From Candidatus Latescibacterota bacterium (GTDB taxonomy: Bacteria; Latescibacterota; UBA2968; GCA-2709665), in assembly GCA_965205485.1 (NCBI GenBank), contig OZ242180.1, positions 4,768,001 to 4,832,000 of the forward strand: a stretch of 64,000 nt of DNA, in the 5' to 3' direction. Shown here piece after piece: positions 37,144 through 47,206 of the stretch. Position numbers and translations under genes: made by a program. Below the pieces are notes generated by a model. It worked only from the letters and a program-made list of their open reading frames with translations, ran no database searches and was not told the origin of the DNA. How positions within the stretch are numbered: the stretch's first letter is position 1; each line of letters starts with the position of its first letter.

Positions 37144-38154
37144 TCACTCGCCCTCGAACCTGCCCACCGCGTAACCCATCCCGGTAGCGCCGAACCTGTT
37201 GCCCGTATACCAGCACCGGAACTCCTCGCCACACTTGACGATACTCACGTAGCACCGCTGTCTGTCGTCGAACGTACCCGGCCTCCCCACTCCGAACTCC
37301 CCTTCCGGTCCGCTGTCGCACCAGCGCCAGTTCCGGAGGTCAGGTCCGACCAGACTCCTCATCCGATAGGCCGTGCCGAAGGTGTTCACCCACATCCGGT
37401 AGCCGCCGGGTTCCTGCAAGACGAAGGGCTTTGAGCAGATGTACTCGTAGGGTTCGGTGTCGAAACCCCTTGGCCCGACCATCAGATCATTCACCGGCTT
37501 CGTCCATGCGATCCCGTCCGGCGACGCCGCATAGGCAATGCCGATGCGGGGAATCACGTCTCCGTGGCCCGTGATCGCGCCGTCGGGACGGTTGAAGTAG
37601 GCCCCGATGGACGTATAGTACATATGGTAGCCGTCATTGGCCCGCAAGACACATACGCTTCCGGTTCCCTCCCGGTCCCAGTCCCGGTCCAGCGGCAGGA
37701 TCGGTTCCCGTTTCGGATAGCGGAAGCGGTAGCCACCGTCGTCGCTGACTGCCACGCCCGTGGTATTGGAAAGCTTGCCGTCCTCCCTGGGTTTTCCCCA
37801 TCCGCAGAAATACAGGAGCCATGGGCCGTCGTCCCTCGGAACCACGAACGGAAAACCCGGCCCCTCGTCGTTATAGGCCGTGTCACGCTGCCGGCTGAGC
37901 GCGACGCCCACGGGCTCCCAGTCGTTGGGATCATCCACCGGGCTCTCGGCGATCAGAATGCGGTGAAACCCGTTCGCTCCCGTTCCCCAGTAATACATCC
38001 GGTACCGGTCCCCAAGCTGCAGGACGTGGGCGGCGCCCGCGCGGCGGCTGTCCATATCCGCGTGCAACTGACCCGGGGCGATCACCGGGTTCTTGTCGCT
38101 GAACCTCCAGTGGATCCGTCCTGAAATCGAGTGTCGACCCATGGAATTCCTCAC
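37144..38154 (-). CDS. Five-bladed beta-propeller glycosidase-like protein (GH32/43/130-type fold)
   Basis: NPVI.PG, repeated YRMYY/YHMYY/YRMW/FRCWY.G blades, A.S.DG..W, and C-terminal GN.FG.TGMGYA. Confidence 0.75.
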   Translation of the reverse strand: MRNSMGRHSISGRIHWRFSDKNPVIAPGQLHADMDSRRAGAAHVLQLGDRYRMYYWGTGANGFHRILIAESPVDDPNDWEPVGVALSRQRDTAYNDEGPGFPFVVPRDDGPWLLYFCGWGKPREDGKLSNTTGVAVSDDGGYRFRYPKREPILPLDRDWDREGTGSVCVLRANDGYHMYYTSIGAYFNRPDGAITGHGDVIPRIGIAYAASPDGIAWTKPVNDLMVGPRGFDTEPYEYICSKPFVLQEPGGYRMWVNTFGTAYRMRSLVGPDLRNWRWCDSGPEGEFGVGRPGTFDDRQRCYVSIVKCGEEFRCWYTGNRFGATGMGYAVGRFEGE

Positions 38155-38198
38155 TTCCCGTTCAAGTACAGCGAAAAACGCAGGCGATGCAAAATCAA

Positions 38199-39788
38199 TC
38201 AGGCGCGCCGCAACACCCGGCCGTACCGTTGTCCCGTCAGGACGCCGTCTTTCACCGCAACGCCGCCACTTACCAGCACGTGACGCATGCCAACGGCCGT
38301 CCGGTTCGGCTCGAACGTGGTTCCCCGCTCGGCGAACACGTTCGGATCGAAAACGGCCAGGTCCGCATGCGCCCCATTTCGAATCACGCCCCGGTCCGTC
38401 AAACCCAGCCGGGAAGCGGGCAGCCCCGTCAGCCTGCGCACGGCCTCCTGCGGGCTGAACAACCGCCGGTCCCGGACGAAATGCCGGAAGAACCAGGATG
38501 CCCAGGTATAGGCGCCGTGAAACGTGTCGTCCTTCAACGGCCCGTCCGTCGCGAGCGCCGTCGCGTCGGAGCCGACCATACAGAACGGGTGTTCGAATGC
38601 CGCCCGGACGTCCGTCTCGCGATAGCTGAATGCGATCACCATAATCTCGTGCATCCGGTCAGATGCCGCAATCAGAATGTCGCAGATGGCGTCGAAGGCG
38701 TTTTCGGTTCCGGCGGCGGCAAGTTCGGCAATGCTCTTTCCGCAAAGCTCCGGCTGCACGGGCGAGTGGAAGACGACGATCCGACTCCAGTCCCCCTGCG
38801 CCAGAGAGGCAACGATACTGTCGCAGTTTTCCATTTCACGGCGAATGGATGGAACCCGCAGCCGACTCGCGACTTCCTCCGAACTGCCCTCCAGCGCCCG
38901 AAGCGGAAGCGCCGCGCTCAGGTTGGTTGTCCCGAAGAGCCGCGTGTGCATGTCGAATTGAACGTCCACCCCCCTGCCCCGCGCCCGGTCGACCTGTTCG
39001 AGCGCACGATCGACCGCCCGACGGCCGTCGTCCGCCAGCCTGGCAACGGAAGAAATATGCGAGATCTGCAGGGGCGCATCGGCTGTTTCGGCCGTTCGGA
39101 TCGATTCTGCGATGGCTTCGTCCGCCTCGCCCATCCGATTGCGCGTATGCGTGGTGTAGATTCCGCCGTATTTTGCGGCGACCGCACATAGCTCTGAAAT
39201 CTCGTCCTCGGGGCAATCCCGTTCCGGACCGTATTCGAGGCCCGTGGAATACCCCACCGCGCCTTCCTCCAGGCCCTGCGCCAGCAGGCGCTTCATCTTC
39301 CGCCGTTCGTCCGGCGTGGACGGACGGTCCAACGCCTCGCAGGCTGCGAGTCTCAGGTTGCCGTTGGGCACGAGAGTCATCACATTCACGGCCGGGCGCC
39401 GTTCCCCCAGGCGATCCAGATACTCGCCCACGCTGCGCCAGTCGATCTCATATCCGGTTCTGCATCCGTATATATTCGCCCGCGTGCGCGCCGGATCGCC
39501 GATGGGTGCGCTTCCGTGCCCGCAGTTGCCCGCCACCTCCAGCGTCACCCCCTGCATGATCGAGCTCACCGCCCGGGGATCGACCATCAGGGTAAAGTCC
39601 GAGTGACTATGGATGTCGATAAATCCCGGCGTCACGTAGCAACCGGACGCATCCAGGTGCGGAACGCCGTCAGGCCGCGGGATCCGGCCGACGCCGACGA
39701 TCCGCCCCTCCGCCACGGCCACGTCGCCGTGGACGGGAACGGCGCCGGTCCCGTCAACCACGGTTCCGCCAGAGATGACAAGATCCAC
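38199..39788 (-). CDS. N-acyl-D-amino-acid deacylase (D-aminoacylase)
   Basis: GGTVVDGTG, PGFIDIHSHSD, QGVT.EV.GNCG, STGL.Y.P, GSDA and ADLAVFDP motifs. Confidence 0.92.
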   Translation of the reverse strand: MDLVISGGTVVDGTGAVPVHGDVAVAEGRIVGVGRIPRPDGVPHLDASGCYVTPGFIDIHSHSDFTLMVDPRAVSSIMQGVTLEVAGNCGHGSAPIGDPARTRANIYGCRTGYEIDWRSVGEYLDRLGERRPAVNVMTLVPNGNLRLAACEALDRPSTPDERRKMKRLLAQGLEEGAVGYSTGLEYGPERDCPEDEISELCAVAAKYGGIYTTHTRNRMGEADEAIAESIRTAETADAPLQISHISSVARLADDGRRAVDRALEQVDRARGRGVDVQFDMHTRLFGTTNLSAALPLRALEGSSEEVASRLRVPSIRREMENCDSIVASLAQGDWSRIVVFHSPVQPELCGKSIAELAAAGTENAFDAICDILIAASDRMHEIMVIAFSYRETDVRAAFEHPFCMVGSDATALATDGPLKDDTFHGAYTWASWFFRHFVRDRRLFSPQEAVRRLTGLPASRLGLTDRGVIRNGAHADLAVFDPNVFAERGTTFEPNRTAVGMRHVLVSGGVAVKDGVLTGQRYGRVLRRA

Positions 39789-39903
39789 TGTCGATTCCCG
39801 CTAGTGCCGAATCCGGTTACTCGATTTGTTCATACAAAAAACGGTCTCGTAGACTCAGGCTGCCACGAGACCGATTCTCTGGGCCAAGAACCCTTCCGGG
39901 TTC

Positions 39904-40704
39904 CTATCTTGAACTCGATGAGGCCCTTCCCGTGCCGGCTGTGCGTAGAAAGTCGACGACGTCAGTGTGCCCATTCTCCTGCGCCAGATCCAGTGCGGTC
40001 TTTCTGTCCGTTGAGTCGTAAAACCGCCGGGGATACCCGTGATACTCGCTGGCTGGAAGTCTGCCCGCGTAGTCCTCCGGGCCAGCATACCCTCCCGCCG
40101 TCCGACGACCTGAGCTATACGCAGGAGGGGGCTCTTCCGGCATTTTCAGGAATTCAGGCGAGTTAAAACTCTCCTTTTCCGGCTTTGTGTCGAACAACCA
40201 ATAGCCGCCGCTTGTCAGCTGCACATTGGCGCCGCCGTCGACGAGCGCCTTGACAACTTGCAAATGACCCCTCTCCGCTGCGAGCATCAGCGGGGTCTTT
40301 CCGTCTTTCAACACCCAGTCGACGTCAATTTCAGTGCGTTCCGCCATGAACTGGGATTGCGGGCCTGAACTGTCTGCATTGACAAATCGTTCCCTCGTAA
40401 GTGCGGACCCCTGATGGCGATACGCGCGCGTGCGCGGATGGGTGCTCAACGACCATGCCACCGCGTCCAGGTGCGCGCCGGCCTGAATCAGAGCCTGTAC
40501 GACCTCAAGGTGACCCTCCCTGGCCGCCAGCGTTAGAGGCGAATGCCCCTGAACCGTCCTGACATTCACGCCGCTGCCACGATCAATGGACCGCTGAACG
40601 CCGTCGACGTCTCCACGTTTTGACAGATCCATTAGCGAGGCACCGCAAGCCGCCGCAGCCGACAGAAGAATTATCGCCACAAAGCGCTCAATTGTTCGAG
40701 ACAT
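39904..40704 (-). CDS. Ankyrin-repeat lipoprotein (paralog 2)
   Basis: Lipobox AAA-C. Ankyrin repeats GHSPLTLAAREGHLEVV, GKTPLMLAAERGHLQVV and KTALDLAQENGH, separated by long inserts. Confidence 0.9.
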   Translation of the reverse strand: MSRTIERFVAIILLSAAAACGASLMDLSKRGDVDGVQRSIDRGSGVNVRTVQGHSPLTLAAREGHLEVVQALIQAGAHLDAVAWSLSTHPRTRAYRHQGSALTRERFVNADSSGPQSQFMAERTEIDVDWVLKDGKTPLMLAAERGHLQVVKALVDGGANVQLTSGGYWLFDTKPEKESFNSPEFLKMPEEPPPAYSSGRRTAGGYAGPEDYAGRLPASEYHGYPRRFYDSTDRKTALDLAQENGHTDVVDFLRTAGTGRASSSSR

Positions 40705-41527
40705 CGGTCGCGTCCTCAGGTGTGGATGGAAGTTCACGTTTCAGACTCGACGGGGTCATCCCGGCCCCGGATTCCAGGAGGAAGTCGATGATTTCCTTAT
40801 GTCCGTTCATGTAAGCCAGGTCCAGCGCCGTGTTGCCCCCGATCGCCCAGGATGGACGGTCGGAATCCACAATATCGTAATGTAGAACGCGGCCATGTTC
40901 CGGACCGTAGTAACTGCCGCCGTGTTTGTCCTCTTCGCGACCGATATCTTCCGGCGGCGCGCCGGTATAACCCGCGAGGATCCCGTCGTAGTCCCTGTAC
41001 GACGGCATACCGGGGGTCACGACTTCGCCGCCGCTGGTGGCGAACAGGGCGGAGCCGCCTTCTACAAGGGCTTTTACCACGTCCAGGTGGCCGGCCTCGG
41101 CAGCAAGCATCAACGCCGTCTTTCCGTCTCTCAACACCCAGTACGCCGAACCGCGCGTACGCTGCGCCATGAACCTGGACTGGGGCCCGGAACTGTCGGG
41201 GTTGGCATACCGTTCCCTGATGAACGCGTAGCTGCCGTGACGGTCCTGGCTTTCGACGGTGTGGGCGCCGACCGTCCAGGCCACCGCGTCGACGTCCGCG
41301 CCTTCACGGAGAAGGGCGAGGACGATTTCGAGATGACCCTCTCTGGCAGCCAGCGTCAATGGGCTGTGGCCCTGCGGCGTCCTGGCATTCACGTCGTTTC
41401 CGCGATTAATGGATCGCCGAACGCCGTCGACGTCTCCGCGCCGCGACAGTTCCGTAAGCGGGGCGCCGCAGCCCGCGAACACCAACAACAGCAGGACCGG
41501 CACAAATTGTTTGATTTTTATGGACAT
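40688..41527 (-). CDS. Ankyrin-repeat lipoprotein (paralog 1)
   Basis: GGAGG RBS, lipobox FAG-C, and the same repeat/insert layout as 39904-40704. Confidence 0.9.
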   Translation of the reverse strand: MSIKIKQFVPVLLLLVFAGCGAPLTELSRRGDVDGVRRSINRGNDVNARTPQGHSPLTLAAREGHLEIVLALLREGADVDAVAWTVGAHTVESQDRHGSYAFIRERYANPDSSGPQSRFMAQRTRGSAYWVLRDGKTALMLAAEAGHLDVVKALVEGGSALFATSGGEVVTPGMPSYRDYDGILAGYTGAPPEDIGREEDKHGGSYYGPEHGRVLHYDIVDSDRPSWAIGGNTALDLAYMNGHKEIIDFLLESGAGMTPSSLKRELPSTPEDATDVSNN

Positions 41528-41601
41528 AGGCTGCCTCCGAAATGAATTGGTCCAAGCTTCTCTCAGTCCCCGTACAAATATATCACCAATCCGCGTTCGA
41601 G

Positions 41602-43368
41602 TCAACCCGTGTTGCCGCTGCCGGGCCTGGTATCCTGTCCGGCCATCCGCCGCCTCACGTCCGCGGTTTCTGTCATGTCCACATCAAGCGTACAGGGATC
41701 GATCACCACGCTGTACTGCTCCCGCGCCTGGTTCACCGAAACCTTATCGTTCCTGACGTCCCGCGCGACAGCGGCAGGATCGCGTTCCGTCGCATCGCCC
41801 CAGCCACCGCCGCCCGCCTGCCGGTGGTAGATCCGGTCGCCCGCCGACATCGACGTCGATATCATGGTCGGCAACTCCTCGCGGCCGTCTCGGCTGTAGA
41901 GAACATTGGTGGACCCCGTCGCCGGTTTACCGCCATAGAGGCCGTACGGCAGGTGGTCTCTCCGATCGGACCGGATCGCCAGGTGCGCCTCACCCGAGAG
42001 CAGGGTCCACTCCCGATCGATCGCCATTCCTCCCCGAAAACGTCCCGCGCCCCCGCTGTCGCAAACCAGCCCGTACCGGTCGATTCTCACCGGATATTCG
42101 CATTCCGCCTGTTCAACGGGAATGTTGCTGGCCACGTTTGCCGGATTGCAAAGCCCGTCGTTTCCGTCCCGGTCCGGACGGGCGCCCCAGGTCCCGGAGA
42201 GCAGCTCATAGTAAACATAGTGCGACCTGTCCTCTCGCTGGCCGCCGATGATCACCAGCGTATTGCCCCCCTCGCCCGCGGCCAGCACACGGTCGGGCAG
42301 CAGCCCGGACAGCGCGCCGAACACCACGTCCGTCATCCGGAACCCCGTCACGCCGCGCATCGACGACGCGCCCGGCATCCGTACGTTCACGAGCGTCCCC
42401 TCGGGCGCGATGATCTCCAGCGGCCTGAACAACCCTTCGGTATTCGGAATGTCCTCCCTCATCACGGCGCGCACGCACAGGGCAACCACGGCCGCCGTGA
42501 ACGAGAGCGTACTGTTGACGGCCCCGCGCACCTGGGGGTCCGTCCCCATGAAATCGGCCGTCAGCGAGTCTCCCCGCACGGTAATCTTCACCCGGATTCG
42601 CACCCGGGGTCCGCCCACGCCGTCGCTGTCCAGATAGTCCGTAAAGGAATGCGATCCATCGGGCCACGACGCAATCTCCGAACGTACCAGCCGTTCCGTG
42701 TAGTCGATCAGGTCCTGCGAGCCCGCCTGGAACGTCTCGTGCCCGTACCGTTCAATCAGCGAATGCACCGCCCGCTCGCCGATGTGGCAGGCCGCCAGTT
42801 GCGCCCTGATGTCCCCGATCGTCATCTGGGGCACCCGCACATTCGACCGGATCAGGGAGAAGATGGACTCGTCCGGCTCGCCGCGGCGATACAGCTTCAG
42901 CCACGGAATCCGGATGCCTTCCTGAAAGATCTCCGTGTTATCGCAGGCGGAACTGCCGGGCAGGCGTCCGCCCAGGTCCAGGTGGTGCGCCGTACTCACC
43001 GCAAAGGCCGCCCGCCGCCCCTTCCAGAAGATCGGCTGCACAATAAAAATATCCGGAATGTGCATTCCGCCGTCGAAGGGATCGTTCAGGATAAACACGT
43101 CCCCGGGGTCGATCTCATCGCCGAAGCGCTCGAACAGCGCGGCCATCGCATACGGGACCGATCCCAGATGCAGCGGTATCGTCACGCCCTGTGCGATCAT
43201 CTGCCCCTCCGCGTTGCACAGCGACGTGGAATAGTCAAGGCAGTCGCGCACGATGGTTGAATAGGCCGTGCGATAAAGCGCTGCGCTCATTTCATCTGCG
43301 GCGGAGGCAAGCGCGTTTTGCATGATCTCGCGCGTTATGGGGTCAATCTGCTTCATCGTTCTCTGCAT
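41602..43368 (-). CDS. Hydantoinase B/oxoprolinase family protein (second copy)
   Basis: DPITREI...DEM...RTAYS.IVRD..DYS, NDPFDGGMHIPD, HHLDLGG and GGAGRFRGG motifs. Confidence 0.93.
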   Translation of the reverse strand: MQRTMKQIDPITREIMQNALASAADEMSAALYRTAYSTIVRDCLDYSTSLCNAEGQMIAQGVTIPLHLGSVPYAMAALFERFGDEIDPGDVFILNDPFDGGMHIPDIFIVQPIFWKGRRAAFAVSTAHHLDLGGRLPGSSACDNTEIFQEGIRIPWLKLYRRGEPDESIFSLIRSNVRVPQMTIGDIRAQLAACHIGERAVHSLIERYGHETFQAGSQDLIDYTERLVRSEIASWPDGSHSFTDYLDSDGVGGPRVRIRVKITVRGDSLTADFMGTDPQVRGAVNSTLSFTAAVVALCVRAVMREDIPNTEGLFRPLEIIAPEGTLVNVRMPGASSMRGVTGFRMTDVVFGALSGLLPDRVLAAGEGGNTLVIIGGQREDRSHYVYYELLSGTWGARPDRDGNDGLCNPANVASNIPVEQAECEYPVRIDRYGLVCDSGGAGRFRGGMAIDREWTLLSGEAHLAIRSDRRDHLPYGLYGGKPATGSTNVLYSRDGREELPTMISTSMSAGDRIYHRQAGGGGWGDATERDPAAVARDVRNDKVSVNQAREQYSVVIDPCTLDVDMTETADVRRRMAGQDTRPGSGNTG

Positions 43369-43389
43369 CTCCTCTGCCGCGGAGCATTT

Positions 43390-45483
43390 CTACGACCCTG
43401 TCCTGTTCAGAACCACGAAGTCCTGCCGGTCCCGATTTACGCGGACCCCCGGCGGCACCACGATCGTGGAATCGTATTCGTCGATCAACAGGGGACCAAG
43501 CCGGGGCCCGGTCAGCTCCGTGCGGTCGATAACGGGTGTCTCCACCATGCCCCGCTTCTTTCCAAAGTACGCCGGACGCGAGGGCATCTCTCGCACGCGC
43601 CGCCGGTCAGCGCGCATTCGCCCCCCCGTTTTGCGGTGACCGGTGCTACCGATCAGACGGACGGCGACCACCTCAACCGGATTTTCGGGGTCCGACGTAT
43701 GCCCGTAAAGCTGCCGGTGCTCGCGTTCGAACGCTCGACCCAAGCTCTCTATCGCAGCCTCCGACGCCGGCGACTCGGGCATTGGGATCCGGATTTCCGA
43801 TGCCTGGCCTCTGAAGCGCACGTCGACACTTTGGGCAAACGCTACCCTTTCAGCCGAATAACCCTCCGCCCGGAACCGGGAGAGCATCTTTCGTTTCAGG
43901 TCCGACTGGATGCCGCCCAGCGTTTCCGCGGTCAGTCCGTCGCCGGAAAGCAGACAACTGTAGACTTCGTGATGTTCCACGCCGGAGAACAGAAGCCCAA
44001 GCGCGCTGAACAACCCGGGCAACGGAGGTACGATGACTCTGGGGCTCAGAAGTTCGCCGGCCAGCCCCGCGGCGTGAATCGGACCGGAACCTCCGAATGC
44101 GATCAGGGAGAACGACCTGGGATCACGGCCCCGCTCCGTGGACACGGACCGGAGCGCCCGCATGCACCGGGCATTGGCAATCCGGTGTATGCCCTCGGCC
44201 GCTTCGAGCAGATCCAGACCCAGAGGGGTCGCGATCCGGTCGTGGACGATCCTTCTCGCGGCCTCCGGGTCGACGGAGACCTCTCCGTCCGCCAGTTCCC
44301 CCGGCCGGATATACCCCAGCACGACATTGGCGTCCGTAACGGTGGGCTCGTTTCCTCCCCGGCGGTAACAGGCGGGACCGGGTACGGCTCCCGCGCTTCG
44401 GGGTCCGACCCGCAATCCGCCCGCCCCGTCCAGCCAGGCGATGCTGCCGCCACCGGATCCCACCTCCGCGATGTCGATACTGGGCGCGCGAATCAATTCG
44501 CCGCCCCCGCCCACCAACCTGTTTCCGGCCGACACGGATGCGCCGACCTCGTATTCCGGGCTGTAGGAAATCTCGCCGTCTTCGACAATGGACGCCTTGG
44601 CCGTGGTTCCTCCCATATCGAACGTGATGAGATCGTCGATACCCAGTTGTTCCCCCGCGGAACGGGCCGCAAAAACCCCGGCCGCGGGTCCGGACTCGAG
44701 AACGTACACCGGTCGCCGCGCCGCGTCGGCCTCGGGGGTCAGGCCCCCCGCGGACTGCATGATCAGCACGGGCGCGATAATGCCCCGATCCGTCAGACCG
44801 TCCCGCATCGCCCTGAGATAACGCTGCATGACGGGACGCACGTACGCATTCAGCACGGTCGTGGCCGTGCGCTCGTACTCCCGCCGTTCGGGCAGAATCT
44901 CGGTCGAGAGGGATACAGGCAAGTCCGGAAATGCGCCCTGGAGGAACTCGCCGATCGCGTGTTCGTGGCGTGGATATGCGTAAGAGTGAAGCGTGCAGAC
45001 CGCGATCGACTCTACCTGCTCCTGTACCAATACGTCCTTGACCGCCTCGAGGTCCGCAAAGTCCAGCGGCGCCAGCACGTCACCGTCGGCGGCGATGCGC
45101 TCCTTCACTTCCAGCCTCAGATGCCGCTCCACGATGGGTTCGGGCTTGTCGAAGAACAGATCGTACATCTGCGGCGCCCTGACGCGCCGCAATTCCAGCA
45201 CGTCGCGAAATCCGCGCGTGGTAACAAGCGCGGTCCTGGCGCCCCGGCGTTCAAGGACGGCGTTGGTCGCCACGGTGGTCCCATGCGAGACGTCTCCGAT
45301 CGATTCGCCTGTTACGCCGGACTCCCGCAGCAGGCGGCCGATCGCGTCCAGTACAGCACGTTCGAAATCGGGCGGGGTAGAGGGGATCTTATGCGTCCAT
45401 ATTTTCCCGGATACGTCCATGAGGATGACGTCCGTGAACGTTCCACCGACGTCTGCACCGATTCGAAACGATGGTTCATTCAT
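43390..45483 (-). CDS. Hydantoinase A/oxoprolinase family protein (second copy)
   Basis: GADVGGTFTD, HGTTVATN, ESGPAAG, DMGGTT and GPRSAGAVPGPACY motifs. Confidence 0.93.
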   Translation of the reverse strand: MNEPSFRIGADVGGTFTDVILMDVSGKIWTHKIPSTPPDFERAVLDAIGRLLRESGVTGESIGDVSHGTTVATNAVLERRGARTALVTTRGFRDVLELRRVRAPQMYDLFFDKPEPIVERHLRLEVKERIAADGDVLAPLDFADLEAVKDVLVQEQVESIAVCTLHSYAYPRHEHAIGEFLQGAFPDLPVSLSTEILPERREYERTATTVLNAYVRPVMQRYLRAMRDGLTDRGIIAPVLIMQSAGGLTPEADAARRPVYVLESGPAAGVFAARSAGEQLGIDDLITFDMGGTTAKASIVEDGEISYSPEYEVGASVSAGNRLVGGGGELIRAPSIDIAEVGSGGGSIAWLDGAGGLRVGPRSAGAVPGPACYRRGGNEPTVTDANVVLGYIRPGELADGEVSVDPEAARRIVHDRIATPLGLDLLEAAEGIHRIANARCMRALRSVSTERGRDPRSFSLIAFGGSGPIHAAGLAGELLSPRVIVPPLPGLFSALGLLFSGVEHHEVYSCLLSGDGLTAETLGGIQSDLKRKMLSRFRAEGYSAERVAFAQSVDVRFRGQASEIRIPMPESPASEAAIESLGRAFEREHRQLYGHTSDPENPVEVVAVRLIGSTGHRKTGGRMRADRRRVREMPSRPAYFGKKRGMVETPVIDRTELTGPRLGPLLIDEYDSTIVVPPGVRVNRDRQDFVVLNRTGS

Positions 45484-47147
45484 TCGGGAATCACCGGCAA
45501 ACGCAGATATGAAGCATATTGTCCACTGTGATAAACCGTCTGGCGGGCGACCTTCATTTCATCGTCCAGACCGGGTGTATTGCCCGTATTCAGATTCCGG
45601 TCGAAACGGGGGAAGTTGCTGCTGGAGACCTCCAGTCTGATCCGATGGCCTGCTTTGAACACATTGCTGGTCTCCCAGAGGACGATCCTGTATTCCACCA
45701 CCTCCCCCGGACGGACGAGATCCGGCCTGCGAAAGGACTCGCGGAATCGCGCCCGCACGATGCCCTCCGTTATATGGATCGCCCTGCCATCGGGATGCAC
45801 GTCGACCAGAGTCGCCGTAAAGTCCGTATCCTTCGAATCCGATGCGGCAAACAGCGTGAGCGCCACCGGGCCTGTTACCTCCACGTCCGACACCAGTGTT
45901 TCCGTCGTGTATACCAGCACGTCTTCACGGCATTCCACACCCCGCCGGTCGCGGGGACCCGTGTTGGCGGGTGACAGACTCTGCCCGCCCTCCGTGGGCA
46001 CCGGATCACCGGGATCGTAGTCGAAGCGGTCCGCGGGCTCGTCTCCCGGCGCCTCGAGGCTGAGTTCACCGTCGCCCCGAAGCGAATTGGCACAGCCACC
46101 GCCGCGGAGATAGTACGCCGTGTAATTCGTTCGTGCCAGCGGCCACTCGTTTTCCCATCGCCACGCGTTCCTGCCCATCACGAAAATCCGGATGGGCGGT
46201 TCCTCGTCGATTCCCGTATCGATCCCGCGCAACCGCTTGTCGTACCACCGCAGATGTTCACCGGGAATATCCACCTCCGCATTCGATCCGAAGTCGATGT
46301 CTCCGAAGGGCTCGGCGCTCCCGATCTGCGAGTGCGTCCAGGGCCCGACCATCAGACGGGTCAGTTGCCGGGTACGGGCGTCTCCGGCTTCCGTGCGCCA
46401 GCCGCGAAAACACTTGAAACCCTCGTGGACCAGATTATCGTACCATCCCGACACGAAATAGGCCGGCGTATTCACTTCCCCGTACCGGCCTTTCATGCTG
46501 TACGAGGACCAGAATGCGTCGAATTCGTTGTGCCGGACCATCTCCCTGAAGAACGGCCGGTCCGCGATGCCGTCCATCGCCGAGACCAGCGGCAGCCGGC
46601 GGTAGATCCGGTCCCAGTCCAGCAGGTCCCGCGGCGCGTGCTGTCTGGTCCGCCCGCCCAGCCAGATCCAGTTCATCGCATTCTGCAGCTGGAGCACGCC
46701 GTTATAGCGCAGGTGCCCGTAGTTGTCCTCCTGGTTCGCAATGGGCATCAGCCCCTTCACGAAGGGACTCCGGAACGGGGCCGGAAGAATCTGTGTGAAA
46801 CCCGGATAGGAAATCCCGAACATCCCGATGTTGCCGTCGCACCACGCCTGCGCCCCGATCCACTGCTGCGTGTCGTATCCATCCTGCGCCTCGTCCACGT
46901 ACGCCCGCCACTCGCCTTCGGACTCGTAGCGCCCGCGGCTGTCCACCATCACAGCCGCGTATCCCGACGCGGCGAAACGCACGGCCCATTCCACGTACCT
47001 GGGGTGCTGTGTGCTGTATGGCGACCGGATCAGCAGTACCGGAAACCGCTCTCCGCGCGGCGGGAGGTATGCCGCGCCGTAGAGCTTCACCCCGTCTCTC
47101 ATCGGGATTCTGTGGTCGAGTTGAATTCGAACAGCCGTATCCGACAT
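45480..47147 (-). CDS. CocE/NonD family serine hydrolase
   Basis: IPMRDGVKL, RSPY, DSRGRYESEG, GISYPG nucleophile motif, GWYD, GPWTH and SSSNFPRFDRN.NTG. Confidence 0.93.
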   Translation of the reverse strand: MSDTAVRIQLDHRIPMRDGVKLYGAAYLPPRGERFPVLLIRSPYSTQHPRYVEWAVRFAASGYAAVMVDSRGRYESEGEWRAYVDEAQDGYDTQQWIGAQAWCDGNIGMFGISYPGFTQILPAPFRSPFVKGLMPIANQEDNYGHLRYNGVLQLQNAMNWIWLGGRTRQHAPRDLLDWDRIYRRLPLVSAMDGIADRPFFREMVRHNEFDAFWSSYSMKGRYGEVNTPAYFVSGWYDNLVHEGFKCFRGWRTEAGDARTRQLTRLMVGPWTHSQIGSAEPFGDIDFGSNAEVDIPGEHLRWYDKRLRGIDTGIDEEPPIRIFVMGRNAWRWENEWPLARTNYTAYYLRGGGCANSLRGDGELSLEAPGDEPADRFDYDPGDPVPTEGGQSLSPANTGPRDRRGVECREDVLVYTTETLVSDVEVTGPVALTLFAASDSKDTDFTATLVDVHPDGRAIHITEGIVRARFRESFRRPDLVRPGEVVEYRIVLWETSNVFKAGHRIRLEVSSSNFPRFDRNLNTGNTPGLDDEMKVARQTVYHSGQYASYLRLPVIPE

Positions 47148-47206
47148 AGGTGGTACCCGGTTTGAAGTTGGCGAAATTGATGCCGCCGAATCCTGACACA
47201 CGCGCG

